This document shows positions 9,012-17,202 of a stretch of DNA of 64,000 nucleotides, one piece after another. This DNA comes from an uncultured Actinomycetes bacterium (GTDB lineage: Bacteria; Actinomycetota; Thermoleophilia; RBG-16-64-13). Every line of letters begins with the position of its first letter. The stretch's first letter is position 1. The DNA lies in assembly GCA_947085635.1 (NCBI GenBank), contig CAMTXC010000002.1:140724-204723 (forward strand), in the 5' to 3' direction. The translations under genes and the position numbers were made by a program. Under the pieces are notes generated by a model, which saw only the letters and a list, made by a program, of their open reading frames with translations, was not told where the DNA came from and ran no database searches.

Positions 9012-9977
9012 ATGAGCCGTCGGATCCTCGTAGTCGAAGACGACGCCGACCTGCGCGGGATGCTGCAGAGTCTTCTCGAAGAAGACGGTTACGAGGTGAC
9101 GGTGGCCGAGGATGGGCTCGAAGGACTGCGCCAAGTGGTCGACGCCCCTCCCGAACTCATCATCTCCGATGTCCTGATGCCTCGCATGAGCGGACTCGAG
9201 TTTTGCGCCTTGCTGAAGGACAGCCCACAGACCCACCACATCCCGCTCCTCTTCCTCACCTGCGTCGACGATCCGGTGAACGGCTTCGAAGTGGGCGCCG
9301 ACGACTACCTGGTGAAGCCGTTCCGGCAGCGTGAGCTGCTCGCTCGGCTGAGGGCCATCCTCCGTCGCACCGAGTCGCTGCCCCCGCAGATGGCCACCCA
9401 GGGGCTGAGGGGCAATCTGAGCGAACTGAGCATCGCGGAAGTCCTGCAGACCCTTCACGTCGGGGGGGCTTCGGGGTGCCTCTCCGTGGTCACCGCCGAT
9501 GCCTCCGGCCGGGCCCGTCTATGGTTGGAGCAAGGGGAGCTCGTGGCCGCCAAGGTCGAAGGTGCGGAACTCTTCGACGGCGAAGAGGCCTTCTTCTTCG
9601 CTGCGCGCTGGGAGGAGGGGGCGTTTGCGTTCGACTCGGCCAACCGGGCAGAGCATTGGACCGTCCAGAACACCATTGAGAGCCTGCTGCTAGAGGCCGC
9701 CCGCCGGCTGGATGAGGATGACCCAGAGGAGGGTGGACTGTCGCGTGCCACCTCGCGCTCGTGCCGCATCCGAGCCGAGATGCCCGGGCGCGCAGAGCTC
9801 GAGGCGCGGGTGGTCGAGGTGCGGAACCGCCTGAAACTCAAGGCGTTCGAGGCACTCATGGCCGGGCGGCCCCTGCACCACGGCGAGGCTGTTTCCTTCG
9901 TGCAATTCGTAGACCCCGGCGTCGACCTACCGGAGGAGCTCGACGAGTTGATAGAACGCATGCTGAGCCAGGAGTGA
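9012..9977 (+). CDS. Response regulator: N-terminal receiver domain fused to a PATAN/DUF4388 domain
   Basis: REC motifs ILVVEDDADL, IISDVLMP, DDYLVKPF. These are followed by LRGNLSELSIAEVLQTLHVGGASGCLSV...WEEGAFAFD, typical of DUF4388. Confidence 0.75.
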   Translation: MSRRILVVEDDADLRGMLQSLLEEDGYEVTVAEDGLEGLRQVVDAPPELIISDVLMPRMSGLEFCALLKDSPQTHHIPLLFLTCVDDPVNGFEVGADDYLVKPFRQRELLARLRAILRRTESLPPQMATQGLRGNLSELSIAEVLQTLHVGGASGCLSVVTADASGRARLWLEQGELVAAKVEGAELFDGEEAFFFAARWEEGAFAFDSANRAEHWTVQNTIESLLLEAARRLDEDDPEEGGLSRATSRSCRIRAEMPGRAELEARVVEVRNRLKLKAFEALMAGRPLHHGEAVSFVQFVDPGVDLPEELDELIERMLSQE

Positions 9978-10035
9978 CCGACCGCTCTGTTATCATGACG
10001 CTCGGTCCCGCTCCTACTACGAGGTTTGATTCCGT

Positions 10036-10671
10036 ATGAACATACTGTGTGTGCCCGTGGGCCCGCTGCAGGCGAACTGCTATCTGCTCTCCGACGACGA
10101 AGGCACTACTTGCGCCATCGACCCAGGGGGAGACCACGAGAAACTCGCCGGCCTGTTGTCGGAGCGCGGGCTGGACCTTTCGCACATCCTCCTCACCCAC
10201 GGGCATTTCGACCACCTCGCCGGTGCGTCGCAACTGGCCGAGGGCACCGGGGCCCTCGTGGGCTGCGCGCAAGGCACGGTCCCGATGCTGCGCGATCCCG
10301 ATTCCTACATCCCGTTCCCCGGTTTCGGAGGGATCCCAGGCCGCGAGCCCGACCTGGTGCTTTCCCATGGGGACGTGGTCGAGGTGGGCGCCCTGCGGAT
10401 CGAAGTGGTGTCCACGCCCGGTCATTCCCCCGGAGACGTGACCTTTGCGGCGGGCGCGGCGCTGTTCTGCGGCGACCTCCTCTTCTACCGGTCGGTGGGC
10501 CGCACGGATTTTCCCGGGGGAGACTTCGACACGCTGCTGGCATCGGTGCAGCGACTCGTCGACAGATTCCCCCCGGAGACGCAGGTCTTCCCCGGGCACA
10601 TGCAGGCCACCACCCTGGGTGACGAGCTCAGCTACAACCCCTTCTTGTCGAGGCTCACGTCGCGTGGTTGA
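10036..10671 (+). CDS. MBL-fold metallo-hydrolase (glyoxalase II-like)
   Basis: LLTHGHFDHLAG metal-binding motif, TPGHSPG, and a size of 211 aa. Confidence 0.8.
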   Translation: MNILCVPVGPLQANCYLLSDDEGTTCAIDPGGDHEKLAGLLSERGLDLSHILLTHGHFDHLAGASQLAEGTGALVGCAQGTVPMLRDPDSYIPFPGFGGIPGREPDLVLSHGDVVEVGALRIEVVSTPGHSPGDVTFAAGAALFCGDLLFYRSVGRTDFPGGDFDTLLASVQRLVDRFPPETQVFPGHMQATTLGDELSYNPFLSRLTSRG

Positions 10672-11941
10672 CAAGATCACCGCCCCCAAGGGAACGTACG
10701 ACATCCTGCCCGACGAACAGGCGGTGCGCCGCTGGGTGGTCGCCCGTGCCGAGGACGTCTTCCATCGCTACGGCTACGGACGTCTGGACACTCCGATCTT
10801 CGAGGAGACCGGTCTGTTCGCGCGAGGTGTGGGTGAATCCACAGATATCGTTCGCAAGGAGATGTATACGTTCACCGATCTCGGCGGCCGGAGCATGACC
10901 CTGCGACCCGAAGGGACCGCACCCGCGGCTCGAGCCTATGTCGAGCACGGCATGCACACCCTCCCGCAGCCGGTGAAGTTCTGGTACCACTGGCCGATGT
11001 TCCGCTACGAGAGTCCGCAATCGGGCCGGTATCGTCAGCACTACCAGTTCGGGATCGAGGCATTCGGTTCTACTTCGCCGGCGTTGGACGCGGAGGCGAT
11101 CGGAGTCCTGGCAGCGCTGTATCGCGATATCGGCCTCGCCCAAGTGGATCTCCGCATCAATTCGATGGGCTGCCGGGAGTGCCGCCCCGCCTACTCGGCC
11201 GAACTGCGCACGTTCCTCACCGAACACCGCTCCGACCTCTGCTCGGAGTGCCACGAACGTACGCGCTTGAACCCCCTACGCACCTTCGACTGCAAGGTGC
11301 CGGGTTGCCTGCACGTGATGGAGGCGGCTCCGCGCTTCACGGAGTATCTGTGCGAACAGTGCGAGACACATCACTCCGTTGTCCGCGACCACCTGGCCTT
11401 GCAGAACATCGAATACACAGAGGACCACCGTCTGGTGCGCGGCATGGACTACTACACGCGCACCACCTTCGAGTTCCAGTCGGCCCTCCTCGGAGCCCAG
11501 TCGGGAGTGGGGGGTGGCGGACGCTACGACGATTTGGTGGAGTCCATCGGCGGTCCGCCCACGCCTGGTGTGGGGTTCGGCACCGGGGTGGAACGGATCC
11601 TCCTTGCCCTTTCGCGGTCGCGAGACGATCTGCCGGCAGCCCACGGGCCGCTGGCGTACGTGGTCGCCGTCAACGACGGTACCCGTCGAGAAGCCTTCGC
11701 GCTGGTTCACGTGCTTCGTGCTCGAGGGGTGGCCGCGGAACTCGACTACGCCTCCAGAAGCCTCAAGGGTCAGATGAAGCAGGCGGGGAGAGGAGGAGCG
11801 CGGTTCGCGCTCCTCCTCGGTGACGACGAAGTGGCTGCCGGAGAGGTCACCCTCAAAGACCTATCGACCGGCGAAGCGCGCCGCCTGCCGCGTACCGAGG
11901 CGGTCGACATCGTCGTTAGAGCAGAAGTGAGCGCCGAATGA
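10664..11941 (+). CDS. hisS: Histidine--tRNA ligase
   Basis: VDKITAPKGTYDILP..., MYTFTDLGGRSMTLRPEGT, YRQHYQFGIEAFG, GGGRYDDL. The GTG at 10664 forms a GTGA overlap with the upstream stop. I rejected the track ORF start at 10445 because its N-terminus is Arg/Ser-rich. Confidence 0.9.
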   Translation: MVDKITAPKGTYDILPDEQAVRRWVVARAEDVFHRYGYGRLDTPIFEETGLFARGVGESTDIVRKEMYTFTDLGGRSMTLRPEGTAPAARAYVEHGMHTLPQPVKFWYHWPMFRYESPQSGRYRQHYQFGIEAFGSTSPALDAEAIGVLAALYRDIGLAQVDLRINSMGCRECRPAYSAELRTFLTEHRSDLCSECHERTRLNPLRTFDCKVPGCLHVMEAAPRFTEYLCEQCETHHSVVRDHLALQNIEYTEDHRLVRGMDYYTRTTFEFQSALLGAQSGVGGGGRYDDLVESIGGPPTPGVGFGTGVERILLALSRSRDDLPAAHGPLAYVVAVNDGTRREAFALVHVLRARGVAAELDYASRSLKGQMKQAGRGGARFALLLGDDEVAAGEVTLKDLSTGEARRLPRTEAVDIVVRAEVSAE

Positions 11942-13692
11942 GCTATAGGACACACTGGTGTGCCGATGTCACCGAGGAGAAGGTCGGCGAACGAGTCACG
12001 GTGGCCGGGTGGGTGAACCGCCGCCGGGATCACGGAGGCCTGGTCTTCATCGACCTGAGAGACCGCAGCGGTCTACTACAGCTCGTGTTCGACCCTGAGA
12101 GACACGCAGGCGCCCACGAGGGGGCTCACGAGCTGCGTGGTGAGTTCGTGATCTCGGCAGCCGGGACAGTGGTCGCCCGTGGTGAGGACCACGTGAACCC
12201 CAAGCTGGTCACCGGACGAGTGGAAGTCGTGGTGGAGTCCCTCGACCTGGTGACGGCGGCCAAAACTCCGCCCTTCTCTCCCGAAGACGACGCGGCAATA
12301 GACGAGAACCTTAGGCTGAAGTACAGGTACATCGACCTTCGCCGTAAGCGACTTCAGGACAACCTCAGGCTGAGGGACAGGGTCGCCCAGTCGGTGCGTC
12401 GCTACTTCGAGAGCGAGGGGTTCATCGAGTTCGAGACTCCTATCCTCACGAAATCGACTCCCGAGGGCGCCCGCGACTTCTTGGTGCCGAGCCGGTTGCG
12501 GCGGGGCGAGTTCTACGCTCTACCTCAATCTCCACAGCTCTTCAAGCAGCTGTTGATGATCGCGGGGTTCGAACGCTACTACCAGGTAGCCCGCGCATTC
12601 AGGGATGAGGATCTGCGGGCCGATAGACAGCTCGAGCACACTCAGATCGACCTGGAGCTCAGTTTCGTGCGCGAATCCGACGTGCAAGAAGTAGTCGAGG
12701 GCCTCATGTGCCGCGCATTCAGCGAGGTGCTCGGCGTGGAACTGCCGCGCCCCTTCCCGTGCGTGACCTATCGTGAGAGCATGCGCCGCTTCGGTTCCGA
12801 CAAACCCGATATGCGTTTCGGCATGGAGATCGCAGATGTCTCCGACCTCGTGGCCAATGCCGAGTTTAGGGTGTTCGCCGAGACTCTGGCGCTCGGCGGG
12901 GTCGTGCGCGGGCTACGTGCGCCCGGAGGTGCCCGCTTCTCCCGCAAAGACGTGGATGGCCTCTCGCAGGACGTCGCGGTCTTCGGTGCGCGCGGCCTGG
13001 CCCCCGTCTGGGTCGAGGAGTCCGGGCTCCGCTCTCCGATCGCCAAATTCCTCGACGACGAGGTCATGGCCGGGCTTGTGTCGCGCCTCGAAGCGACACC
13101 GGGCGATCTCCTGCTGTTCGTGGCCGATCGCGAGCAGGTGGTCGAGCCGAGTCTCGCTGCCCTGCGATCGCGGTTGGCCGACCTGCTCCAGATCCCACGC
13201 GAAGGCTGGCGGTTCGTGTGGGTGGTCGATCCACCCATGTTCGAGTTCGATGAGCGTGAAGGTCGTCTGAAGGCGCAGCATCACCCCTTCACGAAGCCTC
13301 GGGTGACATCGCTGAGCGACCTGCGAGACCGGCCTCTCGAGGTCGGGACCGAGGCGTACGACCTCGTGCTAAACGGCGTGGAGTTGGGCAGCGGATCGAT
13401 CAGGATCTCCGATCCCGTGCTGCAACAGGAAGTCTTCCGCGCCCTCGGCCTCGAGGACGACGAGATCCGCGCGAAGTTCGGCTTCCTGGTGGAGGCCATG
13501 GACTTCGGTGTTCCGCCGCACGGCGGGATGGGCATCGGCCTCGACAGGACGGTGATGCTCATGGCCGGGGAATCCTCGATCAGAGAGGTGATCGCCTTTC
13601 CGAAGACCCAAAGCGGCTCGTGTCCGCTCACCGACGCTCCGTCGGAAGTAGCAAAGGCACAACTTCAGGAACTCGGAATCCGAGTGATCTAG
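11938..13692 (+). CDS. aspS: Aspartate--tRNA ligase
   Basis: OB-fold N-terminus (VTVAGWVNRRRDHGGLVFIDLRD), class II motifs (FRDEDLRADRQLEHTQID, GSGSIRI, GIGLDR). ATGA overlap with the hisS stop. Confidence 0.92.
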   Translation: MSYRTHWCADVTEEKVGERVTVAGWVNRRRDHGGLVFIDLRDRSGLLQLVFDPERHAGAHEGAHELRGEFVISAAGTVVARGEDHVNPKLVTGRVEVVVESLDLVTAAKTPPFSPEDDAAIDENLRLKYRYIDLRRKRLQDNLRLRDRVAQSVRRYFESEGFIEFETPILTKSTPEGARDFLVPSRLRRGEFYALPQSPQLFKQLLMIAGFERYYQVARAFRDEDLRADRQLEHTQIDLELSFVRESDVQEVVEGLMCRAFSEVLGVELPRPFPCVTYRESMRRFGSDKPDMRFGMEIADVSDLVANAEFRVFAETLALGGVVRGLRAPGGARFSRKDVDGLSQDVAVFGARGLAPVWVEESGLRSPIAKFLDDEVMAGLVSRLEATPGDLLLFVADREQVVEPSLAALRSRLADLLQIPREGWRFVWVVDPPMFEFDEREGRLKAQHHPFTKPRVTSLSDLRDRPLEVGTEAYDLVLNGVELGSGSIRISDPVLQQEVFRALGLEDDEIRAKFGFLVEAMDFGVPPHGGMGIGLDRTVMLMAGESSIREVIAFPKTQSGSCPLTDAPSEVAKAQLQELGIRVI

Positions 13693-13695
13693 TGG

Positions 13696-13718
13696 CCGGA
13701 AGGGAGGTCTTCGGTTTT
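13696..13718 (+). terminator. Candidate intrinsic terminator downstream of aspS
   Basis: CCGGAAG-GGAGGT-CTTCGG hairpin (one bulged G) directly followed by TTTT, 4 nt after the aspS stop. Confidence 0.5.
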
Positions 13719-13745
13719 GTCGAAATCGGACACCTATGGTAAGGT
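13717..13745 (+). promoter_or_regulatory. Candidate sigma-70-type promoter with extended -10
   Basis: TTGTCG (13717-13722), 17-nt spacer, TGgTAAGGT (13737-13745). It lies in a 229-bp intergenic region that looks less GC-rich than its flanks. Confidence 0.35.
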
Positions 13746-13921
13746 TATTGAGCTCGACCTTGTGCGTGATCCGCTCAAACTTGAGCCAACACATTTTCCT
13801 TGGGAGGCACGTTCTCCCGGCCGGCTCAGCTCGCCGGAGACAGTCGCCCACCTGCATACGCAGGTTCAAGGGAGAAGCGGACACGGCAAGGTGGAGCATT
13901 TCTTTTCTCCGGAGGAAGACG

Positions 13922-14446
13922 ATGCAGCGAAAGCGTAAGACCGTCCAGGTGTTACTCGTAGTCACGCTCGTGCTGGTCAGTCTCTCGCTCGCTGTGGGCT
14001 GTGGGGGCGACGAGACGACCACAGACACTCAGCCACCCGACCCGGGCGCTGTCGTCGCTGAGACCACTACGACCATCGCGGGTCCCCCGAAAGCGTTCAA
14101 GCACCTCATCGGAACCGCACTGGCCCTCACAGATGAGTCGCCTGAGAAGGTGCGGGCCAGCATCGATCGCCGCACGCCGATGGTGATCGCGTTCTACGTG
14201 GCCGGCGGGAACGACGACGCCGTCGTGCTCAAGCATCTCGATGACCTGGCGGTGCGGTTCCCCGAGATCGATTTCTACCGGTTCGACTACAAGCTTCCCG
14301 ATGAATACGGGGACCTGAGTGCGCTCTTGGAGATCGATTATCCTCCGCAAGTGACGTTCGTGGACGACCGTGGGATCATCCAAGCCGTGACCTCCGGATA
14401 CGCCGACGAAGGCACGCTTAACCAGAACCTAACCAATATCCGGTAG
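13922..14446 (+). CDS. Putative lipoprotein, function unknown (possible thioredoxin-like fold without CXXC)
   Basis: ATG at 13922 preceded by GGAGGA. Signal peptide MQRKRKTVQVLLVVTLVLVSLSLAVGC with a lipobox Cys, then a Thr/Pro-rich linker. I rejected the track ORF start at 13736. Confidence 0.6.
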   Translation: MQRKRKTVQVLLVVTLVLVSLSLAVGCGGDETTTDTQPPDPGAVVAETTTTIAGPPKAFKHLIGTALALTDESPEKVRASIDRRTPMVIAFYVAGGNDDAVVLKHLDDLAVRFPEIDFYRFDYKLPDEYGDLSALLEIDYPPQVTFVDDRGIIQAVTSGYADEGTLNQNLTNIR

Positions 14447-14518
14447 ATCTTCTCGCGGATCTTCGCAGGTGATGTGACGGGCCGGCACCAGCCGGCCCGT
14501 GTGTTCGGTGGGTAGAGC

Positions 14519-15988
14519 ATGACGCACGCACAAGACCACGACTCCTTCCCGCGAACGTACGGTCCGCGCGTCCTCGAGCACCTTCGCGCGCCCAGAGGCG
14601 TGGGAACGCTCGAGAGCCCTGACGCGACCGGCTCCGCGGGAAGTCGAACGTGCGGTGACTTGGTCGCGATGCACGCCTGCCTGCGCGAGGGGCGTATCGT
14701 GGAGGCCCGGTTCCAGGCCTTCGGCTGTCCGGCCACCATCGCCTCGGCGGCCGAGATCGTCCGACGGCTCCCCAGCATGACGATAGTCGAGGCGGCCGCC
14801 CTCGGACACGAGTCGATCGCCGATCATCTCGGACTTCCGCCTCACAAGAGGGGCTGTTCGGAGGTGGCCGCCGACGCCCTCCACAACCTTCTCGAGGACT
14901 GGGTGGGCTCGGGGCTCCCCCTGCTGCCCGATGATCACGAGGGCACCGACGGAATCCTGGTGGCCATGAGTGGTGGAGTCGACAGTTCCGTGGCCGCGCT
15001 GCGACTGAAGGAGACCGGACGACCGGTGACTGGTGTCACGTTCCGCCTCTGGGCCGACCCCACGTGCAGTGTCGCAAGCGGGTGCTGTAGCCCCGAGACG
15101 GTTCGGTCGGCTCGACGCACGGCGCACCACCTGGGGCTGCCTCATCTCACCGTCGACATCACAGACCGATTCTTCGACGAAGTCGTCGAGCACTTCGTGG
15201 CCGAATACGCGGGCGGCCGGACGCCGAATCCGTGCGTCAACTGCAACTCCGTGCTCCGTTTCGACGCGTTGATCGAACTGGCCGACCGCCTTGGGGCGAC
15301 CCAAGTCGCCACGGGGCACTACGCCCGCATGATGGGGCGGCCGCCGCGCCTGCACCGCGGGGTCGATATCAGCAAGGACCAATCCTACGTTCTTTCGCGG
15401 GTCGACCCCGACCTACTGGAGCGGGTGGTCTTCCCTCTCGGCGACTTGGCCAAGTCCGAGGTTCGCGCTCTCGCGCGTGAGGCGGGTCTGGAAGCCCACG
15501 GCGCCGAAGAGAGCCAAGAGATCTGCTTCATCCCCGACGACGACTACCGGCGCTTCCTGGCCGAACGCCTGGGCCGCCGGCCGGGCGCGATCGTCGACGG
15601 CCGGGGTCGCGTCCTCGGCTCGCACGACGGCACGTTCCGCTTCACGGTCGGGCAGCGCAAGGGCCTCGGCATCTCTTCTCCGGAGCCCCTGTACGTGACC
15701 GCGATCGCCGCCGCCGACGGCACCGTCGTCGTCGGGACCCGCGACGACCTCAAGGTGACGGAAGTACGTCTCGGGCACGTCGTCGAGCACCGGGAGCGGG
15801 GGAGAGGCCCGTTGACCGCACAATTGCGTTCCAGTGGGGGGGGCGTCGCGGTCGAGATCGAATCCGGAAGCCATGACCCAGTCCTGAAGCTCGCGACTCA
15901 TGGGCTGGGCGTGGCCATGGGGCAGACCGGGGTCGTATACGAAGCCGACGCTGTGTTGCTCGCTGGGTCGATCGAGGAGACGCGCTAG
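14519..15988 (+). CDS. mnmA: Fusion protein: IscU/NifU-N-like Fe-S scaffold domain + tRNA 2-thiouridine synthase MnmA
   Basis: N-terminal ~120 aa carry three scaffold cysteines (SRTCGD, AFGCPA, KRGCSE). The rest is MnmA: PP-loop LVAMSGGVDSSVAA, NPCVNCN, SQEICFI. Confidence 0.8.
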   Translation: MTHAQDHDSFPRTYGPRVLEHLRAPRGVGTLESPDATGSAGSRTCGDLVAMHACLREGRIVEARFQAFGCPATIASAAEIVRRLPSMTIVEAAALGHESIADHLGLPPHKRGCSEVAADALHNLLEDWVGSGLPLLPDDHEGTDGILVAMSGGVDSSVAALRLKETGRPVTGVTFRLWADPTCSVASGCCSPETVRSARRTAHHLGLPHLTVDITDRFFDEVVEHFVAEYAGGRTPNPCVNCNSVLRFDALIELADRLGATQVATGHYARMMGRPPRLHRGVDISKDQSYVLSRVDPDLLERVVFPLGDLAKSEVRALAREAGLEAHGAEESQEICFIPDDDYRRFLAERLGRRPGAIVDGRGRVLGSHDGTFRFTVGQRKGLGISSPEPLYVTAIAAADGTVVVGTRDDLKVTEVRLGHVVEHRERGRGPLTAQLRSSGGGVAVEIESGSHDPVLKLATHGLGVAMGQTGVVYEADAVLLAGSIEETR

Positions 15989-16064
15989 CCTACGATACCC
16001 ATTCGACGGAAACTCTCGCCTGCCGACGCGGGAAACCCCGTGCCGGGGGCGGAAAAGGCCCCTA

Positions 16065-16073
16065 TGGTATAGT
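16065..16073 (+). promoter_or_regulatory. Candidate extended -10 element upstream of the DUF948/YtxH pair
   Basis: TGgTATAGT at 16065-16073, about 70 nt upstream of the ATG at 16143. There is no convincing -35. Confidence 0.3.
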
Positions 16074-16142
16074 TGGACCTGCGCCGAGAGGCATTCCCGG
16101 GGACTTCCGCCCGGCTTTGACGGCCCGATCGAGGAGACGGAT

Positions 16143-16517
16143 ATGGAGTGGGATGCGTCTGCGTTCATGAAGATAGCCATCGGCATCTTCTTCCTCGCCT
16201 TCGCGGGGGGTCTCACACTCGCACTCATACGGTTGGCCGGCGTTCTCAAGGAGTTGACCGTCATCCTCACGGATTCGGCCCGAGAGTTCGTTCCTATCAT
16301 CACCCGCTTCCAAACGACCGTGGACGGCATCAACTCGGAACTCGGAAAGATCGACGAGATCACGGGGTCGGTAGCCCACATGACCGGGACCATCGAGAGC
16401 ACCACTGCCGCGCTCCAGAGCGCGATAACGACCCCCGTGAAGAAGATGGCCGGCTTCTCGGCCGGTGTCGGTGAGGCACTGTCGGCCTTTGTCGCCGGAC
16501 GTCGAAAGGAGTCGTGA
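16143..16517 (+). CDS. DUF948-family membrane-anchored protein (YtxG-like)
   Basis: N-terminal TM helix (IAIGIFFLAFAGGLTLALI) followed by a long helical region (TVDGINSELGKIDEITGSV...), typical of DUF948. GAGGAG lies upstream of the ATG at 16143. Confidence 0.6.
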   Translation: MEWDASAFMKIAIGIFFLAFAGGLTLALIRLAGVLKELTVILTDSAREFVPIITRFQTTVDGINSELGKIDEITGSVAHMTGTIESTTAALQSAITTPVKKMAGFSAGVGEALSAFVAGRRKES

Positions 16518-16765
16518 TGGGTAGGTTCTCCTTCGGGTTCACTGTCGCGTTGACCGCCGCGGCCGGAGCCGCAGCCGCCCTCGCGTATCGCATCTCTCGC
16601 GAGACGGGCAAGAGTTTCACCGAGGCTCTCGCCGAGGTCCCGGCCGAGGCGGAGCGATACTTCGAGGAGATCGTCACACGCGGCCGCGAAGCCCTCGACG
16701 CGGGCCGAGCCGCTGCCGTCGAGAAGCAGGCGGAGATCGAGAAACGTCTCAACGAGCGGGCCTGA
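16517..16765 (+). CDS. YtxH-like small helical protein
   Basis: N-terminal hydrophobic segment with Ala-rich amphipathic helices (GFTVALTAAAGAAAALAY ... EKQAEIEKRL). AGGAG lies 5 nt upstream of ATG 16517; an alternative GTG is at 16514. It is paired with DUF948 as in Firmicute ytxGH. Confidence 0.5.
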   Translation: MGRFSFGFTVALTAAAGAAAALAYRISRETGKSFTEALAEVPAEAERYFEEIVTRGREALDAGRAAAVEKQAEIEKRLNERA

Positions 16766-16788
16766 AAACCGGAGGCCGGGTTATCGCA

Positions 16789-17193
16789 ATGTCCGCCCGC
16801 ACAGACACCGTTTCCCTCACCATCCCGCGTGCTCAGGAGTTCTTCCCCCTGTTCAACATGCTTCTTGGAGGCATCGCGACTCGGCGGGATCTTTCGCTGG
16901 AGGCGCTCGACGATCTGCAGCTGGCCGTCGACAACGTGATCCTGGAGGACCGCGGCTCCACGGACGATCTTTTTCTCGCGGTGACCCTCGAGGAAGACGC
17001 GCTGGAGATAGTCATCTCCCCGCTCTCCGATCCCGACCTTCACAGCACGTTGGTTCATGGCGCTGTTTCGGTCGATGCGGCCGATCGATGCATAGACGTA
17101 TGCCTCCTACTGAGCCCACTCGTCGATCGATACGTGGTGCGCGACCTCGACTCGGGCACCTTCGCTCTCGAGTTGCGGAAACTGCTCCGGTAG
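16789..17193 (+). CDS. Hypothetical protein, possible degenerate RsbW/SpoIIAB-like anti-sigma factor
   Basis: 134 aa, ending 9 nt upstream of a SigB/F-type sigma gene. LQLAVDNVILED resembles the HATPase N-box region, but no DxGxG or G2 ATP-binding boxes are visible. Confidence 0.35.
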   Translation: MSARTDTVSLTIPRAQEFFPLFNMLLGGIATRRDLSLEALDDLQLAVDNVILEDRGSTDDLFLAVTLEEDALEIVISPLSDPDLHSTLVHGAVSVDAADRCIDVCLLLSPLVDRYVVRDLDSGTFALELRKLLR

Positions 17194-17202
17194 GGGGCAT
17201 CC

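Noticed and set aside
12913-13284. The ORF begins MMLRLQTTFTLIELE, which resembles a type IV prepilin signal (FTLIE).
   Set aside because: It is antisense to aspS, has no Gly at the -1 position, has no hydrophobic helix after the motif, and has poor composition. The match is a chance occurrence.
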